DNA of 64,000 nucleotides from Eledone cirrhosa (Eukaryota), in NCBI GenBank assembly GCA_964016885.1, contig OZ024740.1, positions 284,890,001 through 284,954,000 on the forward strand, in the 5' to 3' direction. The notes beneath the pieces are model-generated. The model saw only the letters and a list, made by a program, of their open reading frames with translations. It did not search any database and was not told the DNA's origin. This document shows positions 1 to 12,775 of the stretch, in pieces. How positions within the stretch are numbered: position 1 is the first letter of the stretch; the number at the start of each line of letters is the position of its first letter. The translations under genes were made by a program, and so were the position numbers.

Positions 1-745
1 GCTTAGTGCTTAGGTGATATCAACATCGTCGTCATCGTCATCAGCATTCCCACCACCACCACCACCATCTTTATCATCATCATTGTTATTGTCCTCCATG
101 TCATCTTTGCCGAGTTGTATGATTACCAATATATTAAATAATCTTTGGGCGTCTCCTCACATTGATGCGATAACTTTCTGGTACATAGTGAATTGAATTA
201 AGCGAATTTTGAGATGAAATTCCTTTCCACTTGTCATTTCCGAAAAATTATATCAAGATAATTTTCTCATTCGCGAATCAGAACTAGAAAATATTCAAGG
301 ATTTATGATTCGAAGTTCAAAAACAGGCTTAGTGGCTTCATTCTTCTGCAATGTTACTAAGAGTCTTCACAAAATAATGAATAAAATAAAATAAAACTGA
401 CGTTAGTATTCACTTTATCGAGTCCAATGTTGACTATGTCTATCGACGGCATGTAGGTACCCGACTGCGGACGGGACACCTTGTCACTCTTAGATCTTTG
501 TTTATGAGTGGCGCTATCTTTCATTTATTCTGATAGTTGATTATGGAAGTAACTTTATTTTGCTGCCATTGTTAATCGACAACAACAACACACACCATGT
601 ACAACAACTCTATCGGTGAACTTTTCCCTGACCTCTTTACATGTTGTTCCAGCGTTTCTCCGTAATAAATTAAATGATCGTATGATTTAAATTGTAGGCA
701 TCGTAGAGAAAAATGTAAAATTCGCAGTTGTAACTAGGTTTATAA

Positions 746-934
746 TTTGTTTCTACTTTTGGCACAAGGCCAGCAATTATCCCAGTGCATTACTGGTACT
801 TTATTTTATCAACACCATAAGGATGAAGGGCAAAGTTCACTTCGGCGGGATTTGAACTCAGACCGTAAAGGGCCGTAACTCTATGCTGAAAAGCATGGCG
901 TCCGAGCCTCTACCGATACTGCCAATCCACCGCC
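746..934 (-). mobile_element. tRNA-derived SINE family 1, full length
   Basis: A box TGGCAGTATCGG, B box GAGTTCAAATCC, body GACTTTGCCTTTCATCCTT..GATAAAATAAAGTACCAG. 12-bp TSD CTAG(G/C)TTTATAA. Confidence 0.9.
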
Positions 935-1769
935 CTAGCTTTATAAAATAAGGCCCTTAAAAATGATATTAATGTAGTAACTCTTGTTCCGACCTTTATA
1001 TCTAAAATAGACTACCTGTAGAACCCATCATACTACTATTATATCATTTATAATTAGTTTTGAGTGAGAGTAAGTCAGTCTGCCAATTTTTCATAAAGTC
1101 CATAGTTAAGGCACTGTTCTGTTAATGCCCCATATCTTTATGTCCCATGAGTAGGTATACTACACTTCTATAAGTATCAGAGAAACTAAGTTTGACTAGT
1201 GCAATGTTTCTCAAAAGGGGTAACCAAAAATTCTAGAGTTCTGCAAAAAATCTCTGGAGTTCTGTGTGATAAGATATCTTTTAATAATTTTTTTTAAATT
1301 ATAATTTTTCTTATAAGTATAAATTCTCGCTGAAATAATTTGTTTTGCTAATGTCTTATTAAAATTAGGATGGTAAACATGTTCTATAAAGTATAGGCTG
1401 GATTCTACAATTTTCAGAAAATAGCATTAGGATTTCATGAAAAAATAAGTTAGAAAGCCATATTTAATCAGTTTGTATCACTGAATCCAAAATTAGCAAC
1501 GCTTGCTATTTAGAGAGGGATGGGATCTGCTATACAAATTTTAAGTAATTTTCTGTAGTGACTATAGGATTCATACACAAATTAATTATTTTCCCGCTTT
1601 TATAAACATTTTTACATTAAAAACAGTTTCCAAATTGGAAAGCTTGTCAGTTGTGAAACTGAGGGCTCCGCTGCTCCTTTTTGAACTAAATAATTTGGTT
1701 TTAACTGTGGTAGAAAACATTAACTAGTAAAAATATATATCTAAATAATCTACCTGCTCATACAGAACT

Positions 1770-2180
1770 GTTTCTGGCTTGGTTTCAACAGTTAGATGCT
1801 CTTCCTAAAGCAAACCACATTACAGTATGGACTGGGTGCTCTATATCATGGCACCAAAATGACCCGCTAACAGCAGGGTGGACTTGATGTTTTTTTATCA
1901 TGTTACCAGCACAAACACCTTACAGGATGCACTGGGATCTTTTTACTGGATGGACTGAATGTTTTTTTTGTTTTTTTTTGTCATGTCACCAGCATGACCA
2001 CCATTAGAAGGTGAACAGTGCTTTTTGTTGTATCACCAGCACAACCCTCTTACAGGATGGATTTGGCTTTTTTCTTTTTTTTCCGTGTCACCAGCATGAA
2101 TGCCTTATAGCCCAGTGTGTGTGCTTTTTGTTGTTATCAGCACAATCATCTTATAGAGTGGCCTAAGTGGTTTTTTACTG
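1770..2180 (-). repeat. RTE 3'-UTR-derived element with a degenerate ~40-45-nt tandem unit (similar at 3517-3790, 43868-44160, 63050-63320, 62435-62688, 27045-27260, 21800-21958, 22128-22330)
   Basis: Repeated plus-strand unit approx. ACCACCTTACAGGGTGGACTGGGTGCTTTTTATCATGTCACCAGCA next to the GGAAGGGCATCCAGCCGTAGAAA motif, which also occurs in the LINE tails at 20440-20738 and 53905-54140. Confidence 0.8.
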
Positions 2181-2389
2181 CAGAAGAGCAGGTGTGGGAC
2201 ATGCCCAGCTTTCCATACTTGTATGCATGAGTTGGATAGCTGGTGTATCAGTGGGTGTAAAGGACTGCAAGGGGTAAAACGAGTATGTAGGTTGGGGATA
2301 GGTATTAAGATATGGGAAGGTGTGTGAGCAGAGGAAAGGGGAAGATTGGTGCAGACTAATGTCTGCTAGATGTTTGTTTCATCCTGTGC

Positions 2390-3510
2390 ACATAAGAAGG
2401 CGGGTCTTCTGCAGTACAGTATATTGCCAGAGTTTCGATTTTGTCATCATCTTTGAAAGGTTTAATTGTGTAAGGTCAGCTTTTATCACTTCATCCCAAG
2501 CTTTCCATATATTCTTTCTCAGTTCATTGACACTTGACCATTCACATATACTACTATTATACATCCATCAGAGCATACAAACTTCATTTATTTTCAATCT
2601 TTGTAGGTCCCCTGCACACAATACCCAAGTTTCACTTCTATGCTGCATTGCTGTTCATACACAAGTATCATACTGTTTGTTTTTCATTTTGAGGGAAAAA
2701 CCTTTTGTAGCTAACAATGGTAGTAGCTCCTTGAATTTTTTCCAGCCTGTTCTCACTCTGGCTACTGTATTTTCAGAATACCCACCTCCACTGCTAATTT
2801 GGTCACCTACCAAACTTTTGATAGAGCTTGTCACCTGAGTGCTTTTGCTGCTTACTGCTCCTGTGCAGTGACTACATATGAAACCCTTTTTCTTTGCTAG
2901 CTTTCCTGAGATCCCACTATATAATTTATACTCATAGTTTGTATTTAGGACATAGGATGGAGTTTCTACCCACTCCTGCACAATGAGCAAGACCATTTCC
3001 CAGAAGGGATCAGTGCCATTTTCCTTTCTACTTACTAGGACTTTTGTCTTTGCTAAGTTGACTTTAAAACCTTTTGATTCCAAGTTATGCTTTCAGGTTT
3101 GGATTTTTTTCTCTAATTCTGCCATAGATTTGGCTGTGAGGGCTAAATCATCAGCATATAGGAGTTCCTATGGGCAGTTAGTTTTAAACTGTTCCATTAT
3201 AGCCTGGAAGACAATAATAATCAGGAGAGGGCTAAGAAAAGAGCCTTGGTGGAGTCTCACTTGCCCACTAAATTCTTCACTATAATAATTGTTAATTCTC
3301 ACAAGCTACTCATCTACTCCCAGTTTCCTAAGACTCTACCAGATTAAGAAACCAGGAACTCTATCAAATGCTTTCTCCAAATCAACAAAAGTCAACAAAT
3401 GCCAAGTAGTGGGGCTTACTTTTAGTAGGTACTTCTCCTGCAGTTGCTTCACAAAGTAGAGGGCATGAGTGGTAATTTTACCCAGCACAAATCTGAGTTG
3501 TCTTTCATCA
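2390..3510 (-). mobile_element. Decayed RTE LINE fragment (RT to C-terminus)
   Basis: FVDLEKAFDRVP, KVNLAKTKVLV and WKKFKELLPLL remnants. Confidence 0.88.
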
Positions 3511-4029
3511 TCACTGTTTAACATTTATTTTTCCATGCTTGCATAGGTTAGACAGGTTGTCACATTATAAAACACGTCAGGTCATACGGATCTGTATTTT
3601 GGCTTGATGCTCTTCCTAATGCCATGTTACAGTGTGGACTGAATGTATTTCCATCATGTCCCAGCACAACCACCTTACCAGGTGCACTGGGTGCTTTTTA
3701 TCATGCCTCCAGCATGACTGCCTCAAAGGGTTGACTGGGTGCTTCTTGTGCCACTAGCACAACCACTTAGTACTTTTTTGTTGTGGCAGTAGCATTGTGG
3801 GAGATAAGATCTAGGGAGCATGTTCAGCTTTCGATGCTTTTATGCATGGATTGGGTAGGAGAGGTATATCAGGGGTCTGGAGTGAGATTTGGGCAAGGGG
3901 AACAAGTAAGCAAGTTCAACATGGATGAGGTGAGTGGGATATTTAGCTGTTATGATGACTGGGGAGGGATAATATGGGAGTAATAGGGAGAAGAATGATG
4001 TGAACTAGTGTCCTCTACATGTTTGTTTC

Positions 4030-4552
4030 ATCCTGTATACATGGGATGGCGAATCTTTTTCAGTACAGCATAACAATAGAGATCTCAATTGTATTATTTC
4101 CTTTGAGAGGTTTAATTGTGCATGGACATCTTTCATCACTTCATCCCCAGCTTTCCTAGATTTTCCTCTTCCCCAGTTCCTGTCAATTTTGAGCGCCCTG
4201 CATCTTTTTATACAGTTGTCATCCTTCATACACATCACATTTTCATACCACCACAGCCCCCTCTCCTGCACACTGCATCTGACCCTTCAGATGCCTAGTT
4301 TCTCTCTCAGTTCATGCACAGTACTATTACATATCCATCAAAGCATGCATGCTTCATTTTTTTCCCAATATTCGTAGGTCCTCTGCACAGAGTGCCCAGT
4401 TCTTATTTCTATGCAACATTGCTGTTCATACACATGTATCATACAATCTGCCTTTCATTTTGAGGATAAAAACCTTTTGTAGCTCCCTAAACGTTTTCCA
4501 TTTCGTTCTCACCCTAGCTACTGTACTTTCAGAATACTCACCTCCACTGCTA
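4030..4552 (-). mobile_element. RTE LINE 3' fragment
   Basis: Remnants of RRLRWYGHV..MKDDNCIKRC and GRGKSRK. Abuts the (ATCT)n array. Confidence 0.85.
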
Positions 4553-4567
4553 ATATATCTATATCTA

Positions 4568-4662
<95 letters not shown>
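4553..4662. repeat. (ATCT)n microsatellite
   Basis: Direct inspection. Confidence 0.98.
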
Positions 4663-4923
4663 GTTTATTATATATTCTTTGCTTAAACTTTAATCTGTTC
4701 TTATAAACATTTTCTCTATGGGTTTTTATTAATATATATATTATAGAAATATATAATCCTTATCGAGCCCTCTTCAGATTTTAGTCTTCACATTTATTAT
4801 TACTATATATATATATATATGTATATTTATATAAATGTAAAAGGTAAACTGAAATAACAAAACCAACAGCATAATACATTGAAGAAATATATTAATTTAT
4901 CACTTGAAATAGCTGGAAGAAAG

Positions 4924-4959
4924 TCTTAATGTTTCAGACATTAGTCTGTCATCAGAAGA
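4924..4959 (-). ncRNA. Degenerate minimal type I hammerhead ribozyme motif (Penelope-like)
   Basis: Minus strand TCTT-CTGATGA-C-AGAC TAAT GTCT-GAAAC-ATT-AAGA: both core boxes, stem II hairpin and stem I (TCTT/AAGA). Confidence 0.5.
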
Positions 4960-5072
4960 TAGAGTTAGAAATAGAAGATAAATAGAAAGTAAAGAGTGAT
5001 GAGAGGAAGGAATGGGGGGAAAAGGAGGAAAAATGGGGGAGAAAAAAAGTACGTGTGTATTCAGTAAGCCGG

Positions 5073-6151
<1,079 letters not shown>

Positions 6152-6322
6152 TATATACATTATATATATACACACATATATAAATATATATAAGAGTGTT
6201 GTTTATCTTAGTTGTTACGTAGTAACTTCCTAATGATAAGCAGGTCCTAGTGACCAAAGCACTACACGTCAGTAGTTTATCCCAGATAGGTGATAATGAG
6301 TGATGGAACATTCATTTATCAA

Positions 6323-6512
6323 ATAATTGTTTCTACTTTTGGCACAAGGTCAGCAATTACCTAGTGCATTACTGGTACTTTATTTTATCGACCCCGTAAG
6401 GATGAAAGGCAAAGTTAACCTCGGCGGGATTTGAACTCAGAATGGCAAGGGACGTAACTCTATACGTCAAAGCATGGCGTCCGACCCTCTACCGATACTG
6501 CCAATCCACCGC
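6323..6512 (-). mobile_element. SINE family 1, full length
   Basis: Same A/B boxes and body; ends GAAACAATTAT. Confidence 0.9.
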
Positions 6513-6810
6513 ATAATGGTAGTTAAGATGGGATTAAATCAGCATAATTGTTTATTGCATTATATATATTTCTGTTACATGGTTATTCATGTGACATTGT
6601 CAGATGTTTATGCAATCGTTGGTGCAGTTATGCAATCATTGTGATATCTGGTGGCCATGTACGTCCATTCAGTAGTGAAGTGGTTCGGCATAGATCACAT
6701 GAATAACCATGTAATAGAAATATATATAATGCAATAAACAATTATGGTGATTTAATCCTGTCTTAACTACCATTATTTGATATATATATATATGATTTAT
6801 ATATATATAA

Positions 6811-7000
6811 AGGCGGTGGATTGGCAGTATCGGTAGAGGGTCGGACGCCATGCTTTCCAGCATAGTTACGTCCCTTTACGATCTGAGTTCAAATCCCGCC
6901 GAGGTTGACTTTGCCTTTCATCCTTACGGGGTCGATAAAATAAAGTACCAGTAATGCACTAGGTAATTGCTGGCCTTGTGCCAAAAGTGGAAACAATTAT
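6811..7000 (+). mobile_element. SINE family 1, full length
   Basis: Same consensus. TSD ATTATTTGATATATATAT at 6772-6789 and 6996-7013. Confidence 0.9.
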
Positions 7001-7039
7001 TTGATATATATATGCATGTATGTGTGTGTGTATATATAT

Positions 7040-7150
7040 ATATGCATGTATGTATTATATATAGCGAAGGAATTGTGGTAAGGAACCAGATGGACCATAA
7101 CGCATATATATACATGTATGTGTGTATATATATATATACATGTATGTGTG

Positions 7151-7184
<34 letters not shown>

Positions 7185-7242
7185 TGTATGTATTATATAT
7201 AACGAAGGAATTGTGGTAAGGAACCAGATGGACCATAACGCA
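7040..7242. repeat. Two direct copies of a ~60-nt unit separated by (TA)/(TG) repeats
   Basis: CATGTATGTATTATATATA(G/A)CGAAGGAATTGTGGTAAGGAACCAGATGGACCATAACGCA occurs twice. Confidence 0.9.
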
Positions 7243-7661
7243 CCAAAGTACTCAATACTTAGGGTAGTAGAGTGGGTAATAGGAACAAATATGACCCCGA
7301 CGTTTCGACGACTATTTCTGGACTAAAACATTTTTTTTTTACTATTTCTGGTCTAAAACATTTTTTTTAGTCGAACGGCTTGAGCTCTGAGGTCGGGGTC
7401 ATATTTGTTCCTATATTATATATATATATATACACACAAATATATTTATATATTCTGTGTATGCCAGGGGAGATTCCAGAGTAACAAGACTCACTATTTA
7501 GAAATAAATAAATATATATAGTTCAAGGAAACAACAAACAGAGGTACAAAAAGTCTTATTAGTTTCACACTTTATATGGAAAAAGAGAAAGAAAGTTCGA
7601 CATGTCGAGCTTTATCCCTTCTTCCAGAGTACTATATATATATATATATTCATTCTATTAA

Positions 7662-8640
7662 TACTGAGTCTTGTAACCTCGGAGTTTCAAGGCCACTTTA
7701 CCTGTCAGGTATGGCAGCCTTGGCCTCCGGTCCCCGATCTCATTGGCTTTGCCGGTGTATCTTTCGTCGGTAACCTCGTGCCACGTCCTCGTCAGCACAG
7801 GGTTCTTCTAAACAATAGAACCCTCTGTGTTCAGAGAACGCGAGGCTGCCTGTGAGACGTGGGACCGGCTGGGACTCAGCCCAGTAGACGTCCCTCCTCC
7901 TTCTCCCCCTGTTGACGTCAAGTCCCCCCAAAGCACTTGGGATACCATCCAGTGCAGCCTGACCTCAGACAGGCTCACGCGCCAGCTCGACCAGCACCTT
8001 CTTGCCTGTTTTCATGCGGCCTCCAAACCCCACAGTGGTGCCTGGCTCCATACCCTGCCATCCTTCTCCACTGGCACGCAGCTAGACAATAATAGCCTGC
8101 GCATTGGCATTACCTTGAGGCTCGGCATCCGGATCTGTGAACCACACCAATGTTGCTGCGGATCCACCGGCTTTCCTGTCGCCACAGTGCCGGCCGCTTT
8201 CCACGCCATGCTGCCCTCAACAAGGTCATAAAGCTTGGCTTGGACGCAGCAGGCTTCCCTTCCTAGCTTGAGCCGGTGGGGCTGGATTGAGGGGACGGCA
8301 AAAGGCCAGATGGCATGACCATCTTCCCGTTCCGCGGTGGCAAACCCCTCGTCTGGGATGCCAGTTGCACCGACACTTTCTGCAGCCGCAACCTGATGCA
8401 GTGTGCGATTAACCTGGGTTCTGCTGCACATTGGGCTGAGGAGGCTAAACTCCTCAAATACCGGTCGCTCTCCGACAGATTTGCGGATGTACCCCTGGCA
8501 GTGGAGACTTCTGGTGTCCTTGGCCCTAGGGTTACCTCCCTAGCCGCAGGTGTGAGCCCTGCAAGTTGGAGGGGCTTTTCCAGCACATCTCCCTTGCTGT
8601 CTCTGGGGAAACGCCTTCTCCATTCTGACCGCCAGGACTG
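7662..8640 (+). mobile_element. CRE-clade non-LTR retrotransposon 3' fragment (restriction-like endonuclease)
   Basis: SGAWLHTLP, LRLG, RH..LN, GKRPDGMT..LVWD and PLAVETSG motifs. GC-rich island between microsatellites. Confidence 0.82.
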
Positions 8641-8994
8641 CGTGTGTGTGTGGGGGGGGGGGTCTCATCGCATATCAATCTATATTTAGTTGTGGTCGGT
8701 GTGTGTGTGTTTATATATATTGCTTTTGTTTTCATTCAGCATCATGTCATTCTTCATTGCTTTTCTCTAATATTATCGTCCATCAAAATAAAGTAATAAA
8801 AACTAGACAAGAACTAATGTTTCAATAGCAGACACAGTATAAAGGAACTCTTGAGGTGGGGGAGGGGGATTTAATTGAAGAAGGATAATTAAGATAAGGT
8901 GGCCATGGTGGTGGTGGTGGCAGTGGGGGAGGATAGGGCTGTGCGAAAGAAGGTGATAAAGAATGGTAGTGGGCATAACTATAGAATTTTAACT

Positions 8995-9273
8995 AACCCA
9001 GGCTCTGCTGCACTTTGGGCTGGTGAGGGTAAACTCTCCAAATATCTGTCGCTCTCCAACAGGTTTGTGATCAAACCCGTAACAGTGGAGGCTTCTGGTG
9101 TCCTTGGCCTTAGAACCACCTCTCTACTCATCACCATCGGTACAAAGTTGGCTACCTGCAAGTGTGAGCCTCGTCAGCTGGAATGGCTCTTCCAGCACGT
9201 CTCCCTCACCACCTTCCAGAGAAACGTCTTCTCTATTCTGTCCACCAGCGCATGGGCTCCCATTTGCTTATAA
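8995..9273 (+). mobile_element. Second CRE-clade C-terminal fragment
   Basis: NPGSAALWAGEGKLSKY..PVTVEASGVLG..WLFQHVSL..QRN, paralogous to 8410-8620. Confidence 0.78.
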
Positions 9274-11669
9274 TAGTGAGAGGTGGAGGCAGTGATCATG
9301 AGAATTTGGTTCCTTTGTGTTTGGACCTGGTGTATATGTATATATTTATTTACCACACTGCTCTCACTGGTCTCAGTGGGCATAGCTGTAGAATTTCAAT
9401 TGGACAGTGGGTGGCAGGTGATGAATATGAAGGTGGGTGTATGGGGGGGGGGGGGGGTAGTGAAAAGGTTGGTGGGATTGGCATGTTAAAATTCTAGAGA
9501 GAAAGAGGGATATCCAATGAACTTTCATTTACGAGATTTTAGATTTTTTTCTATCATTCATTCTAAAGGGAAAGTAATGTGCATAACCCTTTCTAGGACC
9601 TCAGAGAATGACAAGGAGGAGGAAAGAAGACACCACTAAACCGGATCTGGCCTGAATGCTTGCAACTGAATGTATTTATTAAAAGACCCTCAAGGGCCCA
9701 ATGTTGATGTTGACTTGGGCAACAGATTAAGTCTACTACTAACAGCAGGATTTGAACTCAGAATACAAAGGGCTGAAATAAATTTGCAAAGTATCCTAAC
9801 TGACACTTCTAACAATTCTCCAAATAGTTTTCTAGACTGCTATTTTATTGATCAACTTTGGGAGGATGGAAGGCAAAGATTTCCATAGAATTATAAATGG
9901 GATTGATGTAACTAGAATGGCTTTGGTCATAGGTTTACATTGTGGCTGACCTGGAGCTAAACACATGCAACAACAGCATAAATAACATTGTTTTCAACAT
10001 ATATTTTTTCCATGCTGGAATCCTTTCTTTAGAGTCATAACCTTTGTCAGTTCATCTAATGCTGGTGAGATGTTGATATTCAGTTTAAATTTTTGCTGGG
10101 TGAAGCTTGACAAGAAAATGAGGGCAAGAAAGAGGTTCAGTTTTATTGATAAAAGTTTGGGTTGGAGTTTTTAGGGTTTCATGGTGAGAGGGAGAAAGAG
10201 AGAGTAGGGATATAAAGTTAAGGATGAAATGAATCATGTTTTGTATCGGTTTATTAGTTCAAAAAGTCAGAACCATTGTGAGTAATGGAAGTACAGTCAT
10301 AAGAACAATACAATATTTTAATGAAGGGTAACCAATTAGACAGATGACATTGCTGTCTAGTCCCAAGTTGGCTCTGAGATCAAAAGCTTTCCAGTCATGT
10401 CCATCTCATCTTATTTTTAAGCACAGGACTTGATTATTCTGAGTAGCCATCTGTTTTGTTGTTGTTTTTATAATGGCAGCATATAATTTGAGGGAGATTT
10501 GGCTGTTATTGCTAACAGGTGACCAACTACATAGTGGTCCTCTTGTTGACTTGATTGACATTGTTTTTATGTGGTATAGAATGCTTGTCTGTGCATCAGC
10601 TGTCTCTTCTCAGATATATGAACAGTACTCTTGTGCATGAAGCACTTATGTTTTGAAGGAGGTATGCAGTTGTTCAATGATAATGTAGTTTGTTGCTTTG
10701 AAGGGAAAAGCTTTTGAGATGCACTTTTGTTTATATTATAGATATGTAGTTGCTATGAAAGATCCTCAGAGAATATCAACTCTAGCATTTGTAAAATTTA
10801 TGAAGAGATGTGCAATAAAGAGTGTAATTTTTTAATTTAATTTTGTATTTGTAGTAACTGTATTTTTTGTGCTGTTGATAGAATTAACTAGATTGTCATG
10901 CTCACATTGGAAAATGTTTTCTGAAGGTCTTTGTTCATGGAAAAGCTGTGCATATATTAAGTGAGGAGTCATAGGCTGCATTTGGATAATGCTTGTTTGT
11001 GAAAGGTTATTGAGGAGTAAAGGGTGGTATCAATCTGCATAGGAGTGTGTTGAACAGGTTAGACTGGTTTGCTGTAAAGCATATAATCATGCTTCTATCT
11101 TTTATCATCACCTCTGTAAGATCAAGCTTATCTTCTTAAATCATTATTGACTTTATGATAAACATTTAGTGAAACATATTGATTTTTTACAGTAACATTA
11201 GACTACAAATGAGTGTGTGTATGTGTGCATTGTTGTTTCTGGTTTTTACAGCTCAAACCTACATAGGTTTAGCTTGGCTCCTTAGAGGTTACATCACCTA
11301 GGTTTCTCGTGTTTTAATGAAAGGAGCTCCAGTCCTATCATGTCACTATTTTTCTAGTAATAGTAAATAGAATTTGAACTAAGAACACACAGAGTCACAA
11401 CAGATACTGCAAGGCATCCTGACCAATACTTATAATTCCATTAATCGATTGTTCTGGATTGGAACTTTATTTATCATCCCCAAAAGTATGAAAGGTAAAG
11501 TTGACCTCAGCAGGACTTGAACTCAGAACACAGAAAGCTGTAACAAATGGCATAAACCATTTAATCTGATGCTCCTATGACTCTATAGAATTGCTTTGAG
11601 TATGTGTAGCAACTTCAATATATAACTGGTTCTCACTTAACTGAAAACATGAACCTTTTAAATGTCCCA

Positions 11670-12775
11670 CTACAAGAAGCGCATTCAAAAAGTTCATAGA
11701 AAATGTAATGAAAAGAAAACTATTTCATGTAAAAACTTTATTTCTTCACATAAGACCATCAACATCAAGGTACATTTGTAAGTGATGATACAAGCTATTT
11801 ATACCATCCTGATAGAACTGAGGGTCCTGAGGATTTAACCATGTCAAACTAGCCATTTTTTCATAATTAATGATCTCAAATTGGGTACCTTTAACATTTT
11901 AAAAAAAAGTTTTAATAAGAAAAAATTAGGACTGAAGGGTGGATGTCTAATAATTTCCCACTGAAATTCCCGCAAGGTTCTCCTTGTTTGACAAGAGGAA
12001 CGGGCAGGGACATTGTCATGGTGGAAAATAACTGACGAAGATTTTCTGCTAAATTTCTGGCAAATTTTCTCAAAATAGTAACATCTGCTTATGAAAAAAA
12101 TTTCTCAAAACTTTTTCATAAGCAGATGTTACTATATTTTTTCCTCTAAGAATTCAACTAACAAAATTCCCTCAGCATCACAAAAGACTGTTGCCATAAC
12201 TTTTTCCTCCTGAATGGTTTCACACTTGCTTTGACTGACCCTTTTTACCTTTGGGTTAACCATTGCTTTGACTGAGCTTTGTCTTAAGGATTATACGGGT
12301 AAAGCCAGGTTTAATCTTCAGTTACAATTCACCTCAGAAACTTTTCTGGATTTTGATCCCATTTGTATAAAATTTTAAAAGAAAGCTGTACCCTTGTTTG
12401 ATCTGGGTGCAACAGTCTTGGCACTCAGCATGCAGAAGGTTTGCTCAGCTTTAATTTATCACTTAAAATTGTGTGAACTGAATCAGTTGAGATAGCAAGG
12501 GTGTGAGCTATTTTTTCTGCTGTTAATTGTTGGTCTCCATCAATTAAATATCACACAGCATAAATTTTTACTTCACAAACTGATGTTGATGGCCTGCTGG
12601 ACCATTCATCATTTTCAATGCCGTCTCATCCTTCTTTGAAATGAGTTAACCATTTGTCAAAGTTTCAATAATGTCCTTTTTTTCTTCCAACCAAGTTTTA
12701 CCTTAAATTTGATGTTGGTTCATTTTTGACAGAACACATGTGGCTTTAAGGGTGGTTGTTTTTAAAATGGCGTGA
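11670..12775 (-). mobile_element. Very decayed mariner element
   Basis: The minus strand near 11745-11810 resembles the mariner C-terminus (KLV..KC..DGxYVEK*). TIRs are eroded. Confidence 0.55.

Noticed and set aside
1203-1460. hAT-like MITE (CA(G/A)TGTTTCTCAA start)
   Set aside because: The right TIR is too eroded and no 8-bp TSD is visible.
1815-2180. CRISPR-like periodic repeats
   Set aside because: Units are degenerate and contiguous with no unique spacers; they derive from the RTE 3' UTR; eukaryotic context and no cas genes.
6811-6900. tRNA gene
   Set aside because: A and B boxes are present but continue into a multi-copy SINE body with TSDs; no proper cloverleaf is evident.
9980-11200. 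Possible Penelope/GIY-YIG coding relic on the minus strand
   Set aside because: Composition is suggestive, but I could not read any diagnostic motif.
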